21,970 nt of DNA from Candidatus Moanibacter sp. (GTDB lineage Bacteria; Verrucomicrobiota; Verrucomicrobiia; Opitutales; UBA2987). Shown piece after piece: positions 1 through 8,374 of this stretch. The notes beneath the pieces are model-generated. The model was not told the DNA's origin. It saw only the letters and a program-made list of their open reading frames with translations, and searched no databases. The stretch spans positions 1 through 21,970 of the forward strand of contig CBDCEW010000024.1 in assembly GCA_965215885.1 (NCBI GenBank). Reading direction: 5' to 3'. A program made the position numbers and the translations under genes. Numbering within the stretch: the first letter of the stretch is position 1; every line of letters starts with the position of its first letter.

Positions 1-289
1 CGAGTTGTAACCGGGGTCCCTCAAAGCCAAGCACCGTAATGTGCCCGATAACTGCTCCTACCATCACACCGGCGGCAAGGAATGCGCCATAGGCGGCACT
101 GCCGGGGATCACTAAGAGGATTCCGGCGATCAGTTCGCAAACGCCGATGATGATACGTCCCGCCGGTTCCATCCCAATCTCGGTAAACAGCTGCACCGAA
201 TCGGGGTGCGCCGAAAATTTGAAATAGAGCGTCTGCAGCAGTATCACTGCAGTGATGATTTGAAGAGCCCAAACAATTACCTTTTTCAT
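1..289 (-). CDS. DoxX-family membrane protein (3' end runs off the window)
   Basis: Not in the ORF track. Manual translation from ATG at 289 gives MKKVIVWALQIITAVILLQTLYFKFSAHPDSVQLFTEIGMEPAGRIIIGVCELIAGILLVIPGSAAYGAFLAAGVMVGAVIGHITVLGFEGPRLQL..., open to the edge. It has hydrophobic helices, LQTLYFKF and G..E...G.LL.P motifs, and starts 30 nt after the upstream stop. Confidence 0.85.
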   Translation of the reverse strand, partial: MKKVIVWALQIITAVILLQTLYFKFSAHPDSVQLFTEIGMEPAGRIIIGVCELIAGILLVIPGSAAYGAFLAAGVMVGAVIGHITVLGFEGPRLQL

Positions 290-319
290 TTCTTATATTG
301 TGCAAGTTAACACTGATGA

Positions 320-1849
320 TTATGCCGAAGCACGAAGGTAGGGCGCGAGACTGCTCCCTTCCGGAACGTAAAGATTGTCCAAAGTCAGCTCCTTGGGCGA
401 CCGGCAACCCGAAGATGTGAGCAGCTCGATAAACTCGTGTTCAAGATGCTCGACGTATTGCTTAACGCGAATCGCTTTTACCCCAATGACAAGGCCCTTC
501 TGAAGTTTCGGGTCGTGCGTCGTGATGCCCACCGGGCAGGTGTTGTTGCCGCACTGGAGCGCCTGAATACATCCCAGTGCGAGCATGAATCCACGTGCCG
601 TATAACAGGCGTCCGCTCCCAGACTCATTGCAACGAGCTGTTTCCCTGCGTTGATCAGTTTGCCGGCCGAGAGAAGCTTGAGTCTGTCGCGGACTCCTTC
701 CTCCAGGAGTATATTTTGGATACCCTGAAGGGCCGGATACAAAGGCACCCCGACATGATCCATAAACGCCTTCGGCGCCGCGCCCGTGCCCCCTTCAGAT
801 CCGTCGATAGAGATATAATCTGGGAAAATGTCCTGGCGCTTCATCTCCCTGACAAGCTCCCGAACTTCCTCAAACGATCCCACACACATTTTAATACCGA
901 CAGGAAGCCCGGAAACATCCTGAACCCGTTTAATAAATTGAACCGTACTGTTTTTGTCCGTGCACTCGACATGGTGCGGGGGCGAAATCACGTCTTTTCC
1001 CTTGGGCACACCCCGAAGTTCCGCGATTTCGTCGGTGATCTTCTCTTTCGGAAGAAGCCCGCCCTTTCCGGGTTTCGCCCCTTGAGAAAATTTGATCTCA
1101 ATCATCCGGACCTGTTCCTTGCTCGCCAGTGCCTTGAGGTCGTCCTCATTCAACGATGCATCGTCGTTGCGCACCCCGAACTTGGCCGTTCCCATCTGGA
1201 AGATCAAATCGACTCCCTCCTGCAAGTGGTACCTGGGACAGCCGCCCTCCCCGGTGTTCATCGGAATACCCGCCATTTTGGCGCCGCGCGCCAATGCGCG
1301 GACAGCAGGCTGACCCAGCGCACCGTAGCTCATCGCGCTGATGATGACCGGCTTTGTTATGGTAAAGGTATTCTCGATCCCGCGTTCCTCACCGAAAGTA
1401 ACCGAGAAGGGCTCCAGATTTTCTGTATCTACCGGGTAGAGGGAGTGCCTGAGCTTAATCTCCGTCGCATCAAAATTCTGTTGAGAACCGAAGGAGAAGG
1501 CCGAGTCGATGTTCAGGGCTTTTCGGTAGACCTCGCTTCGCTCTTCACGGTTGAAGGGACGCTCCTCCGTATCGCTGGCGAAGAGGTATTGCCGCAGCTC
1601 CGGCCCGATACTCTCAATCATGTAGCGTCCCTGGCCGAGAACACCAAAATTCCGCAGCAGTGTATGGTGGGTTTGGACGTGACGATAAAAGAAATTGATG
1701 ATGGTGAGAAAAATGAACGTCACCGTCAAAAAGTGGAAGTAGAAGGAGAGTTTGATTCCGGCCAAAAGGAACAAAACAGCGAGTATCGGAATCGCGAGGT
1801 TCGCAAATTTGGCCAGCTTATGGAGATCGATCTTTATTTTTGAGAACAT
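320..1849 (-). CDS. Stand-alone FMN-binding glutamate synthase family protein (YerD-like) with N-terminal membrane anchor
   Basis: Motifs SAMSYGALG, NTGEGG, IEIKFSQGAKPGKGGLLP, IDGSEGGTGAAP and the 3Fe-4S motif GCIQALQCGNNTCPVG. No amidotransferase domain is present; the N-terminus has two hydrophobic segments. Confidence 0.92.
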   Translation of the reverse strand: MFSKIKIDLHKLAKFANLAIPILAVLFLLAGIKLSFYFHFLTVTFIFLTIINFFYRHVQTHHTLLRNFGVLGQGRYMIESIGPELRQYLFASDTEERPFNREERSEVYRKALNIDSAFSFGSQQNFDATEIKLRHSLYPVDTENLEPFSVTFGEERGIENTFTITKPVIISAMSYGALGQPAVRALARGAKMAGIPMNTGEGGCPRYHLQEGVDLIFQMGTAKFGVRNDDASLNEDDLKALASKEQVRMIEIKFSQGAKPGKGGLLPKEKITDEIAELRGVPKGKDVISPPHHVECTDKNSTVQFIKRVQDVSGLPVGIKMCVGSFEEVRELVREMKRQDIFPDYISIDGSEGGTGAAPKAFMDHVGVPLYPALQGIQNILLEEGVRDRLKLLSAGKLINAGKQLVAMSLGADACYTARGFMLALGCIQALQCGNNTCPVGITTHDPKLQKGLVIGVKAIRVKQYVEHLEHEFIELLTSSGCRSPKELTLDNLYVPEGSSLAPYLRASA

Positions 1850-2165
1850 GATGAGAACAGTTGAACGGTTTTATAACTGAGACGAAGTTGGAAGCGATTC
1901 ATTACAGAGAAAATCGTATTCTTACTATAGAACCAATATAGCCCCCGGACGCCCTCAAAAAACATTAAGGACCAATTTCAAGCACGCAAGCCAAACGACA
2001 CATTAGTCCCTTTGAATGCACCGCGCTTGCTTCTCCGACTCCGCCCTGGCATCCTCCGGACCATGAAAGCGTTTCTCTGGGCCGGCCCTCACGGGTATGT
2101 GCCTTTGCTGCTCGAAAGCGATTTCCAATTAATTGCAAGGTAACAAAATTGGAAAGGAAAAACCG

Positions 2166-4223
2166 ATGCGATTAATGACCGGAGAGAACCTGTCAGAGAT
2201 TAAACGTCGCTGCGGGAACACTGACTTCACCCCAGCCTACGAAAGACTGAAAGAAGAGAGCGAAGGGTTTCTTTCGATCGATATGCCCCCTCCGGTTGAA
2301 CAGGCAGGCTTCTATCACAACTATTTTTGTCCGGAACATGCAATGGAATTGGTCTTCGATCCGAATAAACCCGAATCCCACCGATGTCCCAAGGACGGAC
2401 GGGTCTACTCGGGAGAACCCTATGACTCTGCCTGGCGCTGGTTCGTCAATAACCGCCTCTCCACCATGGCGTTCAAATTAGCCCTTATGTGGCGGATCGA
2501 TGGTAAAGAAGGATATTTGAATAGGGCAAAAGAGATCCTGGGCGGTTATGCCGATGCATATCCAGAGTATCCTTCGAGCCCGGATAAACCCTATGGCCGG
2601 GGAAGAGCAACCTTCCAATCTCTGGATGAAGCTGTCTGGCTGATCCCCCTGGTGCGAGCCTACGACCTGATCAGGGAGGGGATGGATACCGATTTCCAGC
2701 AAAAGGTGGAGGGCGATCTGTTACGAGCAGGGGCAGATCATATCCTTGGACAGAAGTACTTCAGGATCCACAATATCGAGTGCTGGCATAACGCTGCCAT
2801 TGGAGCAGTAGGTATCTGCCTTAAAGACTCCGAACTTATCCGCATTTCCAAAGAGGATGATTTCGGTTTTCACCATCTCTTGAACGAAGGCGTCCTGGAT
2901 GACGGTCTCTGGTGGGAGGGGTCTACCAGTTACCATTTTTATGCCCTGGCGGCACTGATGACATACGCACAAATCTCTGAGGGTGTCATTGGTTCCCTTA
3001 TCAGGGCCGAGCGCCTGGAGAAGATGTTTCGCGCCCCGATTGATTTAGCCTATCCTGATCTTAGACTGCCGGCAACAAACGATTGTTGGTTTTCCACCTC
3101 TCTCATAGGAAATGTCTGTCATGGAGTTCCTTCCGCCGCCGGAATCTATGAGGCAGCCTTCGGTTGGTACCGCGACCCCGTTTTCGCCTGGGTGCTCCAC
3201 CGGAATTACATCCACCACGAGCGAGATTCCTTAGAAGCCCTACTCTACGGACAAGTACTACCAGAGTCCGCCAATAAAACGTGTCTTAAAGGAAAGAACT
3301 TTACAGCATCCGGTTATGCCATTTTTCGTTCACAAAAGCCGGTGGAAAACGAAAATTACCTCCTGTTAAAGTACGGCCCCCATGGAGGCAGTCACGGCCA
3401 TCCGGACAAACTGAGCATCTTCTTCCATGCTTACGGCCATCCGCTTTCCCCCGACTTGGGCACCCCCGGATACGGTATCGATCTCAATAATTCATGGTAC
3501 CGGCAAACGCTAAGCCACAATACGGTAATTATAGACGGGCGATCTCAACCCGCCGTAGAGGGGAAGCTCGTCGCTTTCAATGACGGTATGGGGGAAGATT
3601 TCGGCGTCGCCGATGCAAGGGCCTCCTGGACGGAAGAGCCGTACCAAGGTGTTTCAATGCGGAGAACCATCCTTTGGGCCGAGGATTATTTCCTCGATTT
3701 TTTCCAGGTGGATTGCGATCGGGATCGTCAGATCGATTGGGTCTGCCGCTTCAGGGGGGAAAAAAGAGAGGAGGAAGGCCTGTCAAAAGAAGAACCGGTT
3801 AGACTCGAAGGCGACGGTTACAGTCACATCTTCCAACCCACAGGTTCAGTCTCGAATGGACCAGTTCGTCTCGGGTGGCGTATATCAGAAGGTGGCATAT
3901 CGATTTTCCTTCCCAACGAGGTGGGTTCGAAAACTATCCATGGTCGGGTGCCCTTTAACCCCTCTTCAGAAACGAGCGACATACTCATCCGCCGGCGCAA
4001 CTCTCAAAGGGCCACTTTCCTGGCTCTGCTACACCCCTGGGTGATAGAATCGGTCGTTGCCGACGTTAAACCGGTCGAGGCCGAACTTCCCGCGGGCGTA
4101 TGGGCGATACGGGTCAATTTGCCCAAAGAGGACCACATTTGGATCATTCATGAAAGAGATCTGGAGGGGGATTTTTCCGTTCCCACGTCAGGGTCAGAAC
4201 GTGTTTTCATCTATTCGCTCTAA
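2166..4223 (+). CDS. Heparinase II/III-family polysaccharide lyase (oligo-alginate lyase-like), no signal peptide
   Basis: Motifs HNIECWHNAA, GLWWEGSTSYHFY, LKYGPHGGSHGHPDKLS and DLGTPGYG...WYRQTLSHNTV. ATG 2166 follows an AAGGA RBS and is preferred over TTG 2133. Confidence 0.85.
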   Translation: MRLMTGENLSEIKRRCGNTDFTPAYERLKEESEGFLSIDMPPPVEQAGFYHNYFCPEHAMELVFDPNKPESHRCPKDGRVYSGEPYDSAWRWFVNNRLSTMAFKLALMWRIDGKEGYLNRAKEILGGYADAYPEYPSSPDKPYGRGRATFQSLDEAVWLIPLVRAYDLIREGMDTDFQQKVEGDLLRAGADHILGQKYFRIHNIECWHNAAIGAVGICLKDSELIRISKEDDFGFHHLLNEGVLDDGLWWEGSTSYHFYALAALMTYAQISEGVIGSLIRAERLEKMFRAPIDLAYPDLRLPATNDCWFSTSLIGNVCHGVPSAAGIYEAAFGWYRDPVFAWVLHRNYIHHERDSLEALLYGQVLPESANKTCLKGKNFTASGYAIFRSQKPVENENYLLLKYGPHGGSHGHPDKLSIFFHAYGHPLSPDLGTPGYGIDLNNSWYRQTLSHNTVIIDGRSQPAVEGKLVAFNDGMGEDFGVADARASWTEEPYQGVSMRRTILWAEDYFLDFFQVDCDRDRQIDWVCRFRGEKREEEGLSKEEPVRLEGDGYSHIFQPTGSVSNGPVRLGWRISEGGISIFLPNEVGSKTIHGRVPFNPSSETSDILIRRRNSQRATFLALLHPWVIESVVADVKPVEAELPAGVWAIRVNLPKEDHIWIIHERDLEGDFSVPTSGSERVFIYSL

Positions 4224-4388
4224 AGGTAAGTGGTACATTTCCAGTCAGGATCAATAGTTCACACGAGGTTATGGGTTTCGATTTTCGACTACGCTTAAGG
4301 TTGCGATTTTCGGCAGTCAGCGACTGACCTCCCTTCCACCAGTAAATGATCATCGTATTCGTATACCTTATCCCTAACATGAGGTCCC

Positions 4389-5477
4389 ATGAACGCATTC
4401 TTCTTCTGGGAAGAAGCCGCGGGCGGGCTAACGCTGGAGCACCGCTGCAATCCCTATGCCGGACTTTTAGCCCGGGCGCTGGAGAGACTGGATATCCATC
4501 TCGAGTTGGGGAGATACGCCTTCGAGCGAGAATGGTTGGAGAGCAACCGAAAGGAGTATGAGGTCCTCCACCTGAACTGGCCACACCATTTCTACAGAGC
4601 GGACGATCTCGAAACGACAATCAACCGCTATAGCAAATTTGCCGACAACCTGACATTTGCCCACCGTATAGGCTACCGCATAGTCTGGACCATGCACAAC
4701 CTCTATCCGCACGAGCGCCCCTTTCCCGAGGTTGATCATATGGGCAGACTACTGATCACACAAATTGCCGATGACGTTATCGCCCACTGCGATTACGCCG
4801 CCGATCTGGCGAGAAGGAAATTCTATCGCAGCCATAACCTCCACGTGATCCCGCACGGCAATTTCATCGATGCGTATCCCAACGAGGTCTCACGGGAGGA
4901 GGGGCGGAGAAAACTCGGTATTAGCGAGGAGGCGTTCGTCTATATCTTTTTCGGCAATGTTAGAGGCTACAAGGGAATTGAATCTCTGCTGGACGCCTTT
5001 TGTAAATTGAAGGACCCCGATGCCCTCCTGATTCTGATGATGCGCCAGTGGGGAAACGACGTATATATTCGCGAGATGGGAGAATTAGCCAGGCGGGACA
5101 AGCGTATCCGTGTCTTCACCTCGTCATATTTTCCAGACAAGGAGTTTCAGATCTATTTGAACAGCTCCGATGTCGCAGTGTTTCCATTCTCAGAGGTGCT
5201 GACTTCAGGATCGGCGATTACGGCGCTATCTTTCGGAAAACCGCTGATCCTGCCGAAGTTGGGTTGTATGGTGGAATTGATTGATGAAAATTCAGGCATA
5301 CTTTACGATCCGAAGGACGATCGCGGGTTGGAAAAAGCACTTGCCGAAATTCGCAATCATGATATTGAGGCTAACGGGCGCGAAGCATTTCAAATCGCTA
5401 AGAACCTGAATTGGGATAGTATAGCGTCACGTATAGCGGAGGTGTATAGGAGAAAATGGGAGGGTAATGATGGATGA
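4389..5477 (+). CDS. Glycosyltransferase family 4 (GT-B fold)
   Basis: Motifs VLHLNWP, VWTMHNLYPHE, VIPHG, FFGNVRGYKGIE and TSGSAITALSFGKPLI. GAGGT RBS upstream. Confidence 0.9.
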   Translation: MNAFFFWEEAAGGLTLEHRCNPYAGLLARALERLDIHLELGRYAFEREWLESNRKEYEVLHLNWPHHFYRADDLETTINRYSKFADNLTFAHRIGYRIVWTMHNLYPHERPFPEVDHMGRLLITQIADDVIAHCDYAADLARRKFYRSHNLHVIPHGNFIDAYPNEVSREEGRRKLGISEEAFVYIFFGNVRGYKGIESLLDAFCKLKDPDALLILMMRQWGNDVYIREMGELARRDKRIRVFTSSYFPDKEFQIYLNSSDVAVFPFSEVLTSGSAITALSFGKPLILPKLGCMVELIDENSGILYDPKDDRGLEKALAEIRNHDIEANGREAFQIAKNLNWDSIASRIAEVYRRKWEGNDG

Positions 5478-5486
5478 TCTACGGGG

Positions 5487-5527
5487 GCTAGGAATCTGTC
5501 GGACTTAGGGTCCGACAGATTCCTAGC
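5487..5527. repeat. Perfect 18-bp inverted repeat formed by two IS/MITE-type ends separated by 5 nt and flanked by CTAG; may also act as a bidirectional terminator
   Basis: GCTAGGAATCTGTCGGAC-ttagg-GTCCGACAGATTCCTAGC. The same end sequence recurs at 19209-19226 and, inverted, at 19291-19307 and 19540-19559. It lies between convergent genes. Confidence 0.85.
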
Positions 5528-5673
5528 TGATACTTCGCGAGAAATGCTCCGCCTCCTGGAAAGCCTCGCTAATCATGGCCGCCATATATTCAGGCCCGAT
5601 GCCGCCCTGCTCCAGGCGTAAAGTAGTTTCAGCGCTGCAGGAGCAGACTCTATGAGAAAAGGTTCAAACCATT

Positions 5674-8289
5674 TCAGACAATCCGCCGCTGACGAGCGTT
5701 CACCTCAAGGCAGTGGTGGAGTAAAGCAATCAATGAAAGGGGTTCCACGCCACAGGCACTGTTCCGCGCCCCGATCTCGAATGCGATGCGCCACTGCTCC
5801 ATGAGGGTTCGACAGCCATAAAAATAACTATTTCCTGGATCGTATATGTGCGTTGCCTCAGAAGTAATCCCATTCAGTTCAATGACCTTCAAATCGCGTC
5901 CTTCCTGAAGGGCTTCGGCCGAAGGAACCCGCATATCGTAGCGGCCAAAGAAGAACCCTTCATATTGTTTGCTGATCGCGTCTACGGCGTCAGTAAGCGC
6001 CGGCGTAAGAAGATGACCGCCATCGAGAAACAAGGAGCCACGGGAGTGCACACCGAGTTCGGTAATCTGAATATGCTCACCTCTTCCGGGTATCTCGAAG
6101 AGGCGTTCCCGATGCTGAAACAGAAAGAAGGGCGCCATACATACAGCGCGGTCATCTTCCAGAATAAGCTCTTCCAGCGTTTTCTCTCCATCACCGCGCA
6201 ATGACAGCAATCGCTTATCGGTGATGGAAAATATACGGCCTTTCTCTTCATCCGGGTAGCGGTAGTAGAAAATCCCATACTCTTCGCCAGAGATTTGCTC
6301 CTGCACGATCGTATCGACGACAGCCCGGTCAAAGAACCGTCTCGCTTCATCCGGTGATTGGACAATAGTTACGCCCAGACCCCGTTGTCCATCAACGGGT
6401 TTGAATACTACGGGATATTGGAGATCGTTATCATCTAGAAATCCCTCCACCTTCGCCATCTGCTCTTCCCTGTCGGAGTCGTATTCTACGGAAATCCATT
6501 GTGCCACTGAGTCTTCAGCTCCGGCTAACCCTGTCAGGATCCCAATTTTTCCTGTTCCCATAAAACCGCTTGCAGGCATTGTCGGATTCACTGCGGTGAA
6601 GAGCGTAAGGCAGCGGTTTCTGAGACCCAGAAAAAGTATATACAGAACAACAGGTGGATATATCGCCCAAATCGGCCAGAACTCCCAGCGCCTCTTACGT
6701 CGCCACTCCGACAAGAGGAGGCGCCGCCCGCGAAAAGAGAATTGTGGCGGGAGGATATTAAGCGCGATATAAAGCAAAAACCAAACGCCGGCCAGCAATT
6801 CGACGTTTGAAGCGTGGCGGTCGGAGAAATGTGCGAGGACCACAGTCCCGGCCAGCAGTGCGAGGAGCAGAGCAGCCGATCCCAAAGAAAACGTCGACAA
6901 TATCAACACGATAAAAAATCTCCAAAAACTGCAACGCAACTTCCCGGCCGCAAATAGGACTGAGAGACGGGAGCCGTGATAGAGGGGTGTTTTGAACAGG
7001 AAGAGAGCGCCGGATTGTTGGATCCACTTTTCACTCACTTCCACCAATCGTTCGCAGACCATGGATCGAAACGGCCACCTTTGAAGGAGCGAAGCGACAT
7101 CCCACCGTCCGCAGAAAAAGAAAAGCAGTTCCACCGTCAGGATACCAAAAATGGAAGCCATTAAAGCTGCCGGTAGTTCCAATACACTATTTGCTACCAA
7201 CAGGCCGGCCGCCACAGCTGCGGCGATCGGAGATATCCAGGCGACAAAGAAAATCAAGGTAACTGCGACGAGAAACGCAAAGGCTCCCGCTGAGGGTATA
7301 TTTCCATAATCAAAAGGTTGATCGGCAGTTTTTATTCGAATTGGATCGGCTTCCTCGCGAATTTTCGCCGTGCCGCTTTCGACTCTCTCTACAAAGGAGT
7401 CCATCGAATCGGCCATGAGTTGAGGTTCCGAAAAAATCAGCATGTGGGCTCCATCAAAAGTCACTAGCTCACTATGAGGAACGAGCCGGTGATGCTCGAG
7501 AGCTGCGGCATAAGGTACCAGCTTGTCCTCTATACCGTGAAGTATGAGCAACGGCGCTTTTATCTCCTTCAGAACCCTGCGAAGTGGCCTTAGATCCGAA
7601 TCGTGAAAATTGCGCGCATATGGAAGATCGAGCAAGGTGTGATCGAGAAGTCCAAAATGTGGAACTCCCTCTTGAATAAGCCACAATACACAAACCTGGG
7701 CCGCGAACAATAGACGGTTAATCCCGTAGTGACCGAAGAGCTCGAATTCGAGCAACCCATTCCCGGAACCCAGGATAATCGAGCTCACTCGAGCGGGTTC
7801 CAGATCCGCAACATTCAGAACAACGGCTCCTCCCCGGCTATATCCGAAAAAATGTGCTCTGTTGATCCCAAGATCTCCCAATAATCCGATAACGTACTTG
7901 GCATGCGTTCGGGCTTTATAATCATCCAATCGATAGGTTGACCCCCCAAAACCCGGTAAGTCGGGGATAATAACACGATATTTTTCACCAAGGAACGGGT
8001 AGAGCCCGTCTATAGATCTGGACGCCAGGGGGCTTCCATGAATAAGGACGATTACCGGTGGATCGGTTACTCCTTGAGGTGCCACATCCCGGTATGCGAT
8101 GGAAATGGGCCGATTGTCCTCGGCTTTCGCGTCAATTAGCGCGATTTCCGAAACACTCTGACCGGAACGGACTGGTCCTGAAGGAGAGGACAACCGGCGA
8201 ACTCCGTGGGAAGCGACTAAAATAGCAGCGTAAACCAGAATCACCCGTTTCCAGGTGAGACCTCGCGACATTCGTTTTCCGATAGCCAT
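5674..8289 (-). CDS. Fusion of alpha/beta hydrolase, DedA/VTT-like membrane domain and ATP-grasp (carboxylate-amine ligase-like) domain
   Basis: N-terminal hydrophobic anchor. Hydrolase motifs VLIHGS, PDLPGFGGS, GYSRGG (Ser151), HGIEDKLV and GAHM. Multi-TM segment at about aa 335-520 with RLSVLFAAGKLRCSFWRF. ATP-grasp motifs PVVFKPVDGQRGLGV, IVQEQISGEEYG, FGRYD and VIELNG. Confidence 0.85.
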   Translation of the reverse strand: MAIGKRMSRGLTWKRVILVYAAILVASHGVRRLSSPSGPVRSGQSVSEIALIDAKAEDNRPISIAYRDVAPQGVTDPPVIVLIHGSPLASRSIDGLYPFLGEKYRVIIPDLPGFGGSTYRLDDYKARTHAKYVIGLLGDLGINRAHFFGYSRGGAVVLNVADLEPARVSSIILGSGNGLLEFELFGHYGINRLLFAAQVCVLWLIQEGVPHFGLLDHTLLDLPYARNFHDSDLRPLRRVLKEIKAPLLILHGIEDKLVPYAAALEHHRLVPHSELVTFDGAHMLIFSEPQLMADSMDSFVERVESGTAKIREEADPIRIKTADQPFDYGNIPSAGAFAFLVAVTLIFFVAWISPIAAAVAAGLLVANSVLELPAALMASIFGILTVELLFFFCGRWDVASLLQRWPFRSMVCERLVEVSEKWIQQSGALFLFKTPLYHGSRLSVLFAAGKLRCSFWRFFIVLILSTFSLGSAALLLALLAGTVVLAHFSDRHASNVELLAGVWFLLYIALNILPPQFSFRGRRLLLSEWRRKRRWEFWPIWAIYPPVVLYILFLGLRNRCLTLFTAVNPTMPASGFMGTGKIGILTGLAGAEDSVAQWISVEYDSDREEQMAKVEGFLDDNDLQYPVVFKPVDGQRGLGVTIVQSPDEARRFFDRAVVDTIVQEQISGEEYGIFYYRYPDEEKGRIFSITDKRLLSLRGDGEKTLEELILEDDRAVCMAPFFLFQHRERLFEIPGRGEHIQITELGVHSRGSLFLDGGHLLTPALTDAVDAISKQYEGFFFGRYDMRVPSAEALQEGRDLKVIELNGITSEATHIYDPGNSYFYGCRTLMEQWRIAFEIGARNSACGVEPLSLIALLHHCLEVNARQRRIV

Positions 8290-8374
8290 TGCGACTCCCT
8301 GTAATTCAATGTCGACGGAGCTATTCCGAAATCGGGCGGCGGATCAAATCCCTCTATCCGGCAAATTATAGCTA
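8241..8374 (-). pseudogene. 3' part of IS-interrupted DinB-like gene
   Basis: With the IS removed, the frame continues IICRIEGFDPPPDFGIAPSTLNYRESQWLSENECREVSPGNG* (TGA at 8243-8241). FG(V/I)APST is a typical C-terminal motif of this DinB-like subfamily. Confidence 0.88.

Noticed and set aside
21..407. 128-aa minus-strand ORF
   Set aside because: Wrong frame; the DoxX frame starting at 289 explains the region.
437..1843. 468-aa plus-strand ORF
   Set aside because: Codon-aligned antisense shadow of the glutamate synthase-like gene, with no recognisable motifs.
1980..2130. Possible decayed IS end upstream of the lyase
   Set aside because: Only short, patchy resemblance to the 10100-10290 region and no partner end.
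5523..5660. Minus-strand open stretch ...AETTLRLEQGGIGPEYMAAMISEAFQEAEHFSRSIS* ending in the CTAG
   Set aside because: Possibly a gene remnant, but it has no credible start or recognisable family.
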